Part shown: positions 10,511 through 20,211 of the stretch, one piece after another | How the letters are laid out: the number at the start of each line of letters is the position of its first letter | Numbering within the stretch: position 1 is the first letter of the stretch | From: Patescibacteria group bacterium | Lineage (GTDB): Bacteria > Patescibacteriota > WWE3 > UBA101185 > 2-01-FULL-41-18 | Reading direction: 5' to 3' | NCBI GenBank assembly: GCA_038064575.1 | Contig: JBBTST010000008.1 | Coordinates: 2,458 to 66,457, forward strand | Length of the DNA: 64,000 bases | Translations under genes and position numbers: made by a program | The notes under the pieces: model-generated | Told to the model about the DNA's origin: nothing | The model's database searches: none | Seen by the model: only the letters and a program-made list of their open reading frames with translations

Positions 10511-10582
10511 CTACACATCGGTAAGAAGAAGGAGACTCCTTAAATTAACTTTTGCCAATTTTGCAATAAAATCCAAGATCAT
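10511..10582 (-). CDS. Leucine-rich leader peptide MILDFIAKLAKVNLRSLLLLTDV (leuS attenuator)
   Basis: 23-aa uORF with CTC CTT CTT CTT just before alternative hairpins and the terminator. Confidence 0.75.
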   Translation of the reverse strand: MILDFIAKLAKVNLRSLLLLTDV

Positions 10583-10683
10583 ACTTTATGGAAAAATACA
10601 CCGCTCTATCAACAAACACAACACTCAACAACGCTCTCACTTGCCTCAGCACTCTTGATGATTCAAGAAAGCCCGTAAAAGAT

Positions 10684-10950
10684 TTACTTGAGAATCTCTT
10701 TTTTAATATCGCCAAGAACAGTATCCACCTTTTCCCTATTTATTGCGTAATATACTTCTCTGCCTTTTTTATTACTTTTCAAGAACCCAATTCCTGCTAA
10801 AACCCTCAAGTGATGGGAAGCCAAGTTCTCCTCTACTTTCAAAGAGTTGGCTACTTCACCAACATTTTTTGAACCTCCGCTCAAGAGTGTTAGAATCTTG
10901 AGTCGATTCTTATCTGAAAACGCTTTTGATACTTTTGTTAGGTCAAACAT
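10684..10950 (-). CDS. ArsR/SmtB family transcriptional regulator
   Basis: KAFSDKNRLKIL...SHHLRVL...KKGREVYY. Confidence 0.92.
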   Translation of the reverse strand: MFDLTKVSKAFSDKNRLKILTLLSGGSKNVGEVANSLKVEENLASHHLRVLAGIGFLKSNKKGREVYYAINREKVDTVLGDIKKEILK

Positions 10951-11121
10951 ACGCTTACTCCTTTATCAAATTTTAATAATAATTATGAATAACAATACAA
11001 CTCCGGTTGAGTTTTTGCAAGTCCAAAAGTTTTTTGACCAATTTTATAAATTCTATTTCAGTAAGCCAAGCGCGTACAAACATCTTGACATTGTCTATAG
11101 GTTAAATATAATCCTTTTGGA

Positions 11122-11793
11122 ATGCCTGAAGAAAAAGAACAACTCATATCAATAGAAGAGCTAATCAAAAAAGCCAAAAAAAGAGGTGTTATATTTGGAA
11201 AAACTGATCCTTATAACAGACTCAGATATTATACTAAAATCTCCCTTCTCCCCCACATGGAAAGGCGCAAGGCAAAAAACGGTGACATAAAAGCTTTTTA
11301 CCCAGCCTCATCGCTTGAGAAATTGATAAAAATAGAATCGTTAAAGCTTCAAGGTCTTACAAATGAAGCAATCCTTGTGGAAATGGACAAAGAAGAAAAG
11401 TCCTTACTCAAAAATATTAAGGGCCACATCAATAGAAACAGCATACTGGGTACTCTAGTTCTTCTAGTATTAATCACCGTCCTATTAAACTCACAGGGCT
11501 TTATCAACTTGGGTAAAGAAACTAATCAGAAAATATTTAATCCGTATTACAATAAAGAACAAATCATACTTGATTCAGGAACGGCATCTATTAAAGCCGG
11601 TAGATCAAAATCTTTTGTGAAATCTAAGATTATTGGGGAAGACTCAAGCATTGAGATAGCTTTTAAAACTTCCATTCATCCCGCAACAAGTTTTTCAATT
11701 GACTCAAAAGTACCTGGTGAAGGTTTTGTTTTGACTCTTGATTCGCAAACCGCACAGGATTCTCAGTTCTCCTGGTGGATAAGCCAAAAATAA
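11122..11793 (+). CDS. MerR-like HTH + TM + extracytoplasmic 'FSWWI' domain protein
   Basis: RLRYYTKISLLP HTH-like segment, central TM, C-terminal SGTASIKAG...FSWWI; upstream TTGACA-16-TATAAT. Confidence 0.7.
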   Translation: MPEEKEQLISIEELIKKAKKRGVIFGKTDPYNRLRYYTKISLLPHMERRKAKNGDIKAFYPASSLEKLIKIESLKLQGLTNEAILVEMDKEEKSLLKNIKGHINRNSILGTLVLLVLITVLLNSQGFINLGKETNQKIFNPYYNKEQIILDSGTASIKAGRSKSFVKSKIIGEDSSIEIAFKTSIHPATSFSIDSKVPGEGFVLTLDSQTAQDSQFSWWISQK

Positions 11794-11963
11794 CCCCAAT
11801 TTCCGTAACGGAAATAAAACTCTTGACATTTAATAACACCTGTATCTATCATTTAACCAGCCAAAATTAAATTTGTATCTTTAGTTTGGTCTGTAAAAGT
11901 GTTTGAAGCTTGCCCCTCATGCACAAAAGTAGTGCATCAGAGAACACAGCTTGAAAGGAAACA

Positions 11964-14186
11964 ATGAAACAAAAGTATCTTCCTGTATTAAATAGAACGG
12001 TAACAACCCTTATTACCGCTCTTGTATTCTTATTGCCAGTATTTTTCCTACCTGTTACCACAGAATTCTTTGAATTTAACAAGCTTGCTTTAACCTCAGG
12101 AGTAACACTTGCAATTCTTGCTCTGTGGGCTCTCAAAATGATCATTGAGGGAAAAGTAGAAATAGTAAAAGCCCCGGTTAATATACCTATGATCCTTTTA
12201 CTCGTTGCCTACGGAGCATCTACTTATTTCTCAATAGACAAATATTCAAGCTTGATGGGAAGTTATGGGAGATGGGGCGGGAGTCTTTTCCTAACTATTC
12301 TTTTGACTCTTCTCTACTTTGCGGTAAGTTCAAATATCAAAACAAAAGAGGATGTTAAAAGAACAATGTTTGCCTTTATACTTGGTGCAAGCATCTCTTC
12401 ACTCATAGTTACCTTAACTTTTTTTGGCTTAAAACTTGGCGGAGCCGGGTTTTTGCAGATCAGAAACTTCACTCTTACAGGGTCTTCAACTCTAGCATCG
12501 GCAGTAGCTGCCCTAGCTTCAGTCACAGCTCTTGGAATGCTTTTTGATACACAAAACAAAAAGGCAAGAATTCTTTTGAGTACCCTTGCGCTATTAAACT
12601 TTTTACCGGTAACTTTTGTGGGCGTCTTTTCTTCTTGGGTACTTTTTGTAGTTTCATTAGCAGCGTTGATGGTTTTTACCTCTGCTGAAAGAATAAGAGC
12701 CTCCAACAGATTATTGGGAATAGTTTTTGGAGTTATGGTTCTCTTTGGTGTGTTATTTAGTATCCCAGGACTAAAGTCGGCTTTAAGACTACCAACTGAT
12801 TACCCAAAAGAGCTTAAACTAGGTCTTAGACCTTCTTGGATAATCACATCCTCAAGCCTTAGAGATTTTCCAATCCAAGGATCAGGTCCAAGTACATTCT
12901 ATTTAAACTTTTCTCACTACAGACCACTTGGGCTAAACGCAAGTGATACCTGGAATGTGAGATTCGATAAGCCTTTTAATGAGCTTTTAGAGGTCACAGC
13001 TACTCTTGGAATAGCCGGACTTCTAATATTTGTCTTGTTTGCAGTAAAAACTTTAAAGCTTGTAAGAAACACAGATACTTCAGGTGTAAACGCAGCTTTA
13101 AGCGCGGGTGTGGTAGGAATATTGGTTTTCTTCCTGTTTTCACACTCTTACGTCCTCCTAAGCGTACTTCTATACCTATTCATTGGTCTTCTTGTCTCAT
13201 ATATGCAGGCGCTTGACTCCAACAGCCTTGCCGCAAATATGCTTGTTGAGAGCGCAATTATCAGTTTTGCAATATCCGGAAGCCAAACCAATGTAACTAC
13301 CAAAACTGTATCTATTATTTTTGCCGTGCCCTTGATGCTTGTAGCAGTTGCGGGAGCGTATTTCACAGGAAGGACGTACGCAGGCGAGGTCATGATGAGA
13401 AGAGCTATACAAGCAGCTCAAACAAATGGTGCTCAGGCATTATTTGCAAATCAGAGAGCTGCCATTAGATTAAATCCTTATATAGGCGCTTATCATGCAT
13501 CATTTGCACAGACAAACTTTTTGGTTGCCAACGCTCTTGCAGCAAGTAAAAAGCAGGAAGAATTAACAGATCAAGACAGGAGGAACATTCAAACATTAAT
13601 AGGAGCGGCTATTCAGGAAACAAGAGTTACAACAGAACTGTTAAGCAAAACAAATCCCGCCAACTGGGAACAAAGAGGCAGACTCTACTCCCTACTAACA
13701 GGTGTTGCAAAAGACGCAGACACCTGGTCTACCGCATCTTACACAAGAGCAATAGAGCTTGATCCAACCAATCCAATCTTAAGAGTAAGCCTTGGAGGAG
13801 TGTTCTTTACAGCTAAAAACTTTGATCAGGCTGAGAGGCATTTCAGAGCGGCAACATCTTTGAAACCGGATTATGCAAACGCTCATTACAATCTTGCGCA
13901 GGCACTAAAAGCAAATAAGAAATATGTGGATGCTGTAACTGAAATGCAGATAGTTCTTAGGTTAATTCCACAAGATGGAGAGGACGCTAAAAGAGCAAAT
14001 GACGAGTTGGCAGCCCTTAAAGCAATGCCTGAAGTTGCCGGAGCGCAAGACAACAAACCCTCAGTTAATGACATCCAAGGCAACGGAGGAAAGCCAACTA
14101 AACAGGAAAATCTAACTAACCCTGCAACCAGACCTAATCCCTCTATCACGGAAGCAACGGCCTCCTTAAAGCCCGCAGGTCAGTAA
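11964..14186 (+). CDS. O-antigen ligase/Wzy_C-like membrane protein with TPRs
   Basis: Multi-TM; PIQGSGPSTF...FDKPFNELLEV loop (the usual His is replaced); C-terminal TPRs. Confidence 0.8.
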   Translation: MKQKYLPVLNRTVTTLITALVFLLPVFFLPVTTEFFEFNKLALTSGVTLAILALWALKMIIEGKVEIVKAPVNIPMILLLVAYGASTYFSIDKYSSLMGSYGRWGGSLFLTILLTLLYFAVSSNIKTKEDVKRTMFAFILGASISSLIVTLTFFGLKLGGAGFLQIRNFTLTGSSTLASAVAALASVTALGMLFDTQNKKARILLSTLALLNFLPVTFVGVFSSWVLFVVSLAALMVFTSAERIRASNRLLGIVFGVMVLFGVLFSIPGLKSALRLPTDYPKELKLGLRPSWIITSSSLRDFPIQGSGPSTFYLNFSHYRPLGLNASDTWNVRFDKPFNELLEVTATLGIAGLLIFVLFAVKTLKLVRNTDTSGVNAALSAGVVGILVFFLFSHSYVLLSVLLYLFIGLLVSYMQALDSNSLAANMLVESAIISFAISGSQTNVTTKTVSIIFAVPLMLVAVAGAYFTGRTYAGEVMMRRAIQAAQTNGAQALFANQRAAIRLNPYIGAYHASFAQTNFLVANALAASKKQEELTDQDRRNIQTLIGAAIQETRVTTELLSKTNPANWEQRGRLYSLLTGVAKDADTWSTASYTRAIELDPTNPILRVSLGGVFFTAKNFDQAERHFRAATSLKPDYANAHYNLAQALKANKKYVDAVTEMQIVLRLIPQDGEDAKRANDELAALKAMPEVAGAQDNKPSVNDIQGNGGKPTKQENLTNPATRPNPSITEATASLKPAGQ

Positions 14187-14231
14187 GACCCGACCAAATA
14201 GATGGCGCATCTAAAACTCAATATTGACAAC

Positions 14232-14262
14232 AAAAAGACCCCGCCTTTAACGCGGGGTCTTT
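14232..14262. terminator. Bidirectional intrinsic terminator
   Basis: AAAAAGACCCCGC...GCGGGGTCTTT between convergent genes. Confidence 0.85.
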
Positions 14263-14290
14263 CTTTGATTTTCATGAAAATCCAAATAAA

Positions 14291-14596
14291 TTAAGCGTTT
14301 CTGCTTGCTTTATAGCAGTTTTCACACAAAACCGGCTTGTCTCCTTTTGGAACAAAAGGAACCTGAGCCTCACCACCACAGTTTGAACATGTGGTTGTGT
14401 ACATTTCACGCTCTCTTCTAGGACCACCAAATCCACCTCTTCCACCTCTTACTTCATTCTTTCTTGCCTGTCTACATTCTTTACATCTTTTAGGTTCGTT
14501 TGAAAAACCTTTCTGAGCGTAAAATTCCTGCTCGGCAGCCGTAAATACAAACTGCTTACCACAGGATTCGCAAACTAATGTTTTATCTTGAAACAT
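14291..14596 (-). CDS. Zinc-ribbon CxxC-x17-CxxC domain protein
   Basis: MFQDKTLVCESCG...EQEFY...PKRCKECR, RGG linker, CSNCG...VPFVP...CENC; SD AAGGAGGT. Confidence 0.92.
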   Translation of the reverse strand: MFQDKTLVCESCGKQFVFTAAEQEFYAQKGFSNEPKRCKECRQARKNEVRGGRGGFGGPRREREMYTTTCSNCGGEAQVPFVPKGDKPVLCENCYKASRNA

Positions 14597-15133
14597 GTGT
14601 TAATAATTCACCTCCTTTGACAATTCCCCGCTCTTCCTTAAAAAACCGCCGGGAAATGCCAAAGGCAAATCTAAGGGTTAAGAATATCCGGGTAAATATA
14701 CTGCGTGGAGTATAACACAAAACTAGCCGGGCAGACAAAACCCACTTCAAACAGTAAAGATTTATGAATGAGTTTTTAGAATCCACGCCTTCTCAAAAGT
14801 GAATTCCAAAAATCCCGCTACTAAACCTCAAACAAAGTTTAGTAGCCGCTAAGACCAAAAGGTCTTGCAGGTTTCCTGTCCTCAAATAACTTGAGTCATC
14901 TCCTTTGCGCCGCGGAGAAAGATTCGTTGTCTTGTCATCAAACTTACATTTCACAATTAAGTTTGATCCAGCGGTGGTCCTGAGCCCATTTTGTCTCAAG
15001 TTTGTACCTTGCCGCGCTTCAGCATGACCTTCCTCAAGGTCAAACTACAACCTGCCTAACTCTGAGGTTTTACCGGTACTAATTGGGCGAGTTAGATTCC
15101 CAATGTTTCCTGCCTGGCATCCAGGGCTTTTTA

Positions 15134-15394
15134 CTACCTTAACCCAAGCCTCTCTAGGTATCTCATCCCTTCGAGATCATAGTTTTCACAAGCTTGGTTT
15201 GCACAACAGCTTGTAAAAAACCTCCCATCCAAGTAAACCTTCATCCACGCCTTACCGCAGATAAGGCAGGACAGTTCTACCGGGTGGGTTACCAAGACAC
15301 CCTTAACATCACTGTTAGGGCACCCAGGGATTGAGCATCTGGCACCGTCATAGCCCAAACTGCCACCACAACCCAAACAAAAATAGTCTGCCAT
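15134..15394 (-). CDS. Small Cys-rich (putative double zinc-finger) protein
   Basis: CLGC, CSIPGC, CLIC and CCANQAC; SD AAAGGAG. Confidence 0.7.
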   Translation of the reverse strand: MADYFCLGCGGSLGYDGARCSIPGCPNSDVKGVLVTHPVELSCLICGKAWMKVYLDGRFFTSCCANQACENYDLEGMRYLERLGLR

Positions 15395-15544
15395 TTTAGT
15401 CTCCTTTCTTTTGAGAACCGGGCAATGGCTTAGCCCGCCTCAAAAGTACCCTATCGCTCTAACGTAGCGGCCTTTTACACAAACGTTAGAAATTCCCCAT
15501 CAATGCTTATAAGCCTTCTGATGGGTAGATAGGTATGTTGACTC

Positions 15545-16120
15545 TCAAAGGTATATAATTTTAGGGCGAATAAACCTTGAAATTTCCGCACCAAGGTCAA
15601 GCAGAGTGTGTAAAATCATGGCGTTGATCAAGCCATAATTTAAGACCACCACCCAGCATAAAGCCCCAATGAAGAAGGCATTAGCAACTCTCACAAAACC
15701 TCCATGCCCATAGCGATGGCCCATGGCAAAGTACACAAGGGCAATGAGAACTGCAACCCAAAAGCTTTTCACCCCAACCAACTGCAATAGGGAGAAAAAA
15801 GCCAATGGAGTTAGCCATCTGTCCGCAACCTCTTCCAAAACTCCGTGCATTACTGCCCGGGTGAAGAGTGCGAACGCCACAAAACCGATTCCCCTACCCT
15901 TAGGAACTCGGATCTCTTTTCGCGTTTTGATGGGATAATTGGTAGCCACCCCATACAAAAGCACAAAAAGAAACGTGGCAATGAGTGGAAGATCAACCCC
16001 TGTCCACATAGGGATTTCCACTTTCTGACCCCCAAATAGCGCAAGGATCAGAATCGCCGCGGGAATCTCCAGAAAAGCCAATGGCATTTCCGAAAGACAT
16101 CCCCTCAAGAGATGTTTCAT
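15545..16120 (-). CDS. CPBP/CAAX (Abi) intramembrane metalloprotease
   Basis: EExxxR (LEEVADR), FxxxH (YFAMGH) and H (MILHTLLD) motifs; SD GGAGG. Confidence 0.85.
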   Translation of the reverse strand: MKHLLRGCLSEMPLAFLEIPAAILILALFGGQKVEIPMWTGVDLPLIATFLFVLLYGVATNYPIKTRKEIRVPKGRGIGFVAFALFTRAVMHGVLEEVADRWLTPLAFFSLLQLVGVKSFWVAVLIALVYFAMGHRYGHGGFVRVANAFFIGALCWVVVLNYGLINAMILHTLLDLGAEISRFIRPKIIYL

Positions 16121-16169
16121 TCTTTCCTCCAAGATTCGCCTGCCTTTTAAGGTTCAGGAGTTACGATCT

Positions 16170-16240
16170 TCATTCACAAACTCTTGCTTGTGAACGGGTT
16201 TTTGGAACCCACCTCCTATCTAGGTGAGCCCCAAAAACCT
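16170..16240 (-). repeat. Motif A copy 1: two-hairpin structured element
   Basis: Sense GGTTTTTGGGGCTCACCT..AGGTGGGTTCCAAAAACC-CGTTCACAAGC..GTTTGTGAATG; homologous to 20600 and 25347. Confidence 0.85.
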
Positions 16241-16274
16241 TGTCATACATCCAAATTTGTGTTAGGTTTTACCC

Positions 16275-16481
16275 ATGATCTCAAGCAAAGTAAAGTTAAC
16301 TAAAATCGAGCAGGAACTCATTCTCCTCAAATCTTTCATAATTGGCTTAGCCGGAAAAGATAATGAAGGCGCTTACCGTCAAGAATTTGTCAAAAAAACT
16401 CTTGAGAGTCTTTCTGAAACACCCAAACGCGAATTTTCCGATTCCAAGTCATTCCTCCGACAAATCTCTGAATCAAAATGA
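16275..16481 (+). CDS. Putative antitoxin (RelE partner)
   Basis: Short ORF with ATGA overlap to a RelE-like gene; own TTGTCA-17-TAGGTT promoter. Confidence 0.75.
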   Translation: MISSKVKLTKIEQELILLKSFIIGLAGKDNEGAYRQEFVKKTLESLSETPKREFSDSKSFLRQISESK

Positions 16482-16744
16482 TTAAAGTTGTTTATTCCGA
16501 CTCATTTGTCAATTCCGCAAAAAAGCTCCCCAAACAACAAAAAGAAAAACTTTCAAAACTCCTTGTGCTTCTTACAGAAAACCCTTTCCATCCTCTACTC
16601 CACTCTAAACCCCTAGTTGGACAATTAGCGGGCCTATATTCATTTAGGATAACCTGAGAGTACAGGGTTATTTTTAGCTTCAATAATCCTCACAAAATTA
16701 AGCTCGTTAGCCTTGGTCATAGGAAGGAAATTTATAAACACTAA
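16478..16744 (+). pseudogene. RelE/StbE-family toxin interrupted by an in-frame TGA at 16655-16657
   Basis: MIKVVYSDSFVNSAKKLP...NPFHPLLHSKPLVG...YSFRIT*EYRVIF...SLGHRKEIYKH. Confidence 0.85.
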
Positions 16745-16998
16745 CGCGTTTCGCTCTTTTGCGATTTGCTTAAATTTTGCAAGCAAACCGAGCTCATCAG
16801 ACTTGGCACACACCAAGTTACGCGTGACCTAGGTTGAGCATTAGCAAAAAGCTACCTCTCAACCCAAGCCGCAAATGTTTTTTTATTATTCCCTGTCATG
16901 GCGGAAAAGGAGTTTTCTCTCCAAAACTAGCTTCAGTAGACCGCTCGCACTAAAAAGCACACAGCATCTGAAACCTTTCTCCAAACTTTTTATAGAGT

Positions 16999-17304
16999 TT
17001 ATCCCTCTAACCACGGAAAATATTCGCCTTTCGCGGTTACCTTCACATCACGCGCTACTGACACGACTTCAAGAAGGGTTTTGCGCGAGAAATATTCTTT
17101 ATCCCATGAGCCCTTAACCTCCCACTGATCGTAGGGGTTGACCCAAAGATAAAGAGTTTTCTCTTCCCCGACTCTTGTTATTACAAAAGCCTGGGTTTCG
17201 AACATGCACCCTGTCCTCAACGCCGTGAAGAGGCTAAGGTACGTGTTCTGGCTGTCCAACCACAAATCCAGGGACAGACTGGAGCAGTCGAGTTTGGTAA
17301 GCAT
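16999..17304 (-). CDS. Hypothetical protein
   Basis: 101-aa ORF with SD AGGAGG. Confidence 0.65.
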   Translation of the reverse strand: MLTKLDCSSLSLDLWLDSQNTYLSLFTALRTGCMFETQAFVITRVGEEKTLYLWVNPYDQWEVKGSWDKEYFSRKTLLEVVSVARDVKVTAKGEYFPWLEG

Positions 17305-17335
17305 GGTTTTTTAAACCTCCTGCTTAACCCTTGTT

Positions 17336-17602
17336 CTACCACCTCTCAAATCCTAGTATGGGAACTTTGCTTCTGATCCACACTAAAGCACTCGTGTGTG
17401 GCCCAGTTATAGATCCGTCCGTTCGGACAATCCAGAACTCATCCGCCTCAAACAGCCACTGCATTAGAGATTCTGGGAAAATGTCCGTATGAATTTCGTC
17501 ATATATCCCACCGTTCCGAAGGACAGCCTGTGGGCTTCCTTTGGAGGCGTACTCTCTCGCTTTCGCAAAAGCAGCCTCCCTAGTTAGAATATAACTTGCC
17601 AT
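17336..17602 (-). CDS. Hypothetical protein
   Basis: 88-aa ORF with SD AAGGAGG. Confidence 0.7.
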   Translation of the reverse strand: MASYILTREAAFAKAREYASKGSPQAVLRNGGIYDEIHTDIFPESLMQWLFEADEFWIVRTDGSITGPHTSALVWIRSKVPILGFERW

Positions 17603-17739
17603 CTTAATATCCTCCTTTTGAGGACTATTCTCCCAGATCAGTAACAGCCCTTAAGCGTTTACCAACTCAGGATTTTTGCTACGCAGCTTGAGCGATGATT
17701 TCAAGTTGCGGGGCCCGACCTTTGCCGTTTAACTTCAAG

Positions 17740-17819
17740 CCTCTTTGAGACAACCCATTATTTCACTTTAGTCCTACAAAAATCATCGTAGGCCTTAAAC
17801 ATAAATGAAAACTAGCGTT
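17740..17819 (-). repeat. Motif C copy 1 (imperfect direct repeat flanking a VapBC module)
   Basis: CCTCTTTGAGACAACCCATTATTTCACTT...AAATGAAAACTAGCGTT; matches 18600-18687. Confidence 0.8.
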
Positions 17820-17873
17820 ATCCCAAAATATTTGAAAGTAGCAACCCAAATCCAAAACAGCAGAAATGTTAAA

Positions 17874-18311
17874 TTAGACCAGATCAGAAAGCAGCACTAC
17901 ACCTTGAGTTTTAAAATGTCTGTCAAAGGTAAAAACACAATCAATCCCAAACCTCTTCTCTCTAGCAATAACAAAACTCACACAATCAACAAAAGATACA
18001 TTCTTAGACTTAATCCTCTTAAAAACCTCTATCGCCTTGTAAAAGATAATTTCTTCTACAAACAAAAGTTCTATATTCACAATTTCAGAAATAAGTCTGA
18101 GGGCAAAGTCCTTACCCACCTTCATAGCTATCACAGTTATACTTTCGCCAACAATCTCGGATGTAGTCACAAGCCTTGCATCAGATGGAAGACTGGCAAA
18201 CATGTTGGCAGCTTGCTTATGGGTTGGGTCATTCTTGTCGTAAAGAGCCACAAAAATATTCGTATCTATTAATACTGTGAGCTTAGCTCTCCTTTTTGCT
18301 GAAATCGCCAT
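17874..18311 (-). CDS. vapC: VapC-family PIN toxin
   Basis: VLIDTNIF...SEIVGE...SFVDC...FTFDRHF. Confidence 0.92.
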   Translation of the reverse strand: MAISAKRRAKLTVLIDTNIFVALYDKNDPTHKQAANMFASLPSDARLVTTSEIVGESITVIAMKVGKDFALRLISEIVNIELLFVEEIIFYKAIEVFKRIKSKNVSFVDCVSFVIAREKRFGIDCVFTFDRHFKTQGVVLLSDLV

Positions 18312-18546
18312 ACGCATATCTGTCATATTCGCTGTTCCCGGGCCCATATCCTGCATTTTTAACCATCCGCTCAACTATTTCCTTGGGGGTTAGCATCTTT
18401 TTAGCCTCTTTAGCTTGAACATCTTCAAGTTTTTCTGCTAATAACACCCGCACAAGCTCGGACATAGAGGTATTTCTTTTGCGAGAAAGCGTGTATAAAG
18501 CGCTTTTTAATTGCTTATCCAGCATTATCTGAGATCTCTGTAACAT
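18283..18546 (-). CDS. RHH/CopG-like antitoxin
   Basis: MLQRSQIMLD...SMSELVR; overlaps vapC; TTGACG-17-TAAAGT promoter. Confidence 0.85.
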   Translation of the reverse strand: MLQRSQIMLDKQLKSALYTLSRKRNTSMSELVRVLLAEKLEDVQAKEAKKMLTPKEIVERMVKNAGYGPGNSEYDRYAYGDFSKKES

Positions 18547-18599
18547 ATACACAACTTTATTACACAACAGCCTATACGTCAAGACTAAACTATCACAAA

Positions 18600-18687
18600 C
18601 CTCTTTGAGGCAACCCAGTATTCTCACTTATATTTAGGCTAACAAGTTCTATTTATTGGCTTAGCACTCAAAATGAAAACTAGCGTT
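18600..18687 (-). repeat. Motif C copy 2
   Basis: CCTCTTTGAGGCAACCCAGTATTCTCACTT...AAATGAAAACTAGCGTT. Confidence 0.8.
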
Positions 18688-18706
18688 GTCACAAACTAAT
18701 ATATTA

Positions 18707-18756
18707 AAAACAGACGGTGGTGTTAGCTTGTACTAAAAACTTACTAGCACCACCGT
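18707..18756 (-). terminator. Probable intrinsic terminator
   Basis: ACGGTGGTGYTAG inverted repeat with a U-tract on the minus strand. Confidence 0.6.
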
Positions 18757-18762
18757 TTAAAC

Positions 18763-19650
18763 TTATTCTAAGGATGGTAAATTCCCAAGGTGATACACCG
18801 ACCAATTGGTCAATGTCACCTCGAAGCCATCCCTCTCCCCACTATCGCGAAGGGCTTGAAGAACCTGCCCTGCTGCGACCGTGGAACCCCCGGGAAACTC
18901 GATACGTACTTCCCTCAGGAGGTATAGGAAATGCTCGAGGGTCAGGTCTCCTGGAGCAGAATACCATCCGAGGTGTATTCTCCGACCTGAGCTCTCAGTT
19001 ACGATGAGAGTCGGCCATCCAGCGGCATTAAAATAAACGCTCGGGCCTGAGAATGGGCCTGCAATGAACTCCCCTTCACCCCACTTAGAGAAGAACTCCA
19101 CCAGTTTCTCCCGGTCCCAAAGTGCTTCCAGGGTCGGGATATCGAAGACCTTCCGCAGGGCCTCATACAAAGCCGCGCGGTCGCCTCCATGGTAAGGAGC
19201 GTTCCCTTGCCGAGCAATGATACTCAACACTTTGGTCTGAGGCCAAAGATCGGCCATGCACCCCACCGCCTCGTCTGCCTGAATCGCTCCTGACCCAACT
19301 TTCACACAGGTCAGGAAAAAATCCCGCACCAACTCGGCCTCTTTCTGATACCCTAAACCCGGTTGATTAAACTTCCGAGCCAGGAGACCAAAAGTAATGC
19401 CGGCGTCTTCAAGAGCTTTAGCTCCATTCGCAGCGGTTTTGACCAAATCCTTGATAACATTGAGTGGTGAGCACTCGAGCCACACAACTTGCGGAAAACC
19501 AAACACCTGCGGCTGCATATTAAAGGCTGCCAAGGCATAGGTTACCCCACGGTCGAGCACTTTCACCTCGGCCAGGGGACCCATGGAACTCCCAAGGAAC
19601 GCATTAAACTTCCGGAGAAAGGAGGGCTCAAACGCCCTGATTGGAATCAT
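18763..19650 (-). CDS. Hypothetical protein (~295 aa)
   Basis: Long GC-richer ORF; SD GGAGGT before MIPIRA. Confidence 0.75.
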   Translation of the reverse strand: MIPIRAFEPSFLRKFNAFLGSSMGPLAEVKVLDRGVTYALAAFNMQPQVFGFPQVVWLECSPLNVIKDLVKTAANGAKALEDAGITFGLLARKFNQPGLGYQKEAELVRDFFLTCVKVGSGAIQADEAVGCMADLWPQTKVLSIIARQGNAPYHGGDRAALYEALRKVFDIPTLEALWDREKLVEFFSKWGEGEFIAGPFSGPSVYFNAAGWPTLIVTESSGRRIHLGWYSAPGDLTLEHFLYLLREVRIEFPGGSTVAAGQVLQALRDSGERDGFEVTLTNWSVYHLGNLPSLE

Positions 19651-20211
19651 CTTTACCTCCATTTTTGGTTACAACCTATCCAAAAGATGAGAATGGATAA
19701 GAGGTTTCTTGCCTTGTTTGTTTCCTGCCTTACGGTCAGGTGTCTAAGACAAAACAAAGATTTGGCTTTGCACCTAGTTCTTTGGGTCTCCCCGCTTCAG
19801 AACAAGCCTCTTTTTTCGTAAGATATACGCTCCAAAATTCAGGAGCATCTGAGCTCAATATTTCAAAAAACACTAAATGTTGAATCCAAATGTTCCCGCC
19901 TAACCTTGATATTGAAAAATAAACTTCACATTCTTCAAAGTTAGGCTTCAGTAATTTTGCAATAAGTATGCAAAGATTTCTGAAAATACTACTCTGAGAC
20001 CCTTAGATCTTTTATCACGACGGAAGAAGATCTAGCCTCGCATTGGTTACCCAACACACAATCCAAACAGGCGTAGTTCACCTGACGTCTTTTGAACGCT
20101 GGACTATGCGGAAACCCAGGTTTTTTTACCAGCCGTTAGCCGGTTCGCATCCTGCTCTGCGAATTAAACCTAAACTCTAAGCCTTTACGGTTCATAAAAG
20201 CTTGGCCCTAA

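Noticed and set aside
10350-10600. T-box riboswitch upstream of leuS
   Set aside because: No AAGGTGGTACC-type T-box consensus on the sense strand; the leader-peptide model fits better.
16655-16657. Genome-wide UGA recoding (code 25)
   Set aside because: TGA terminates several normal genes, and the long core ORFs read through without internal TGA.
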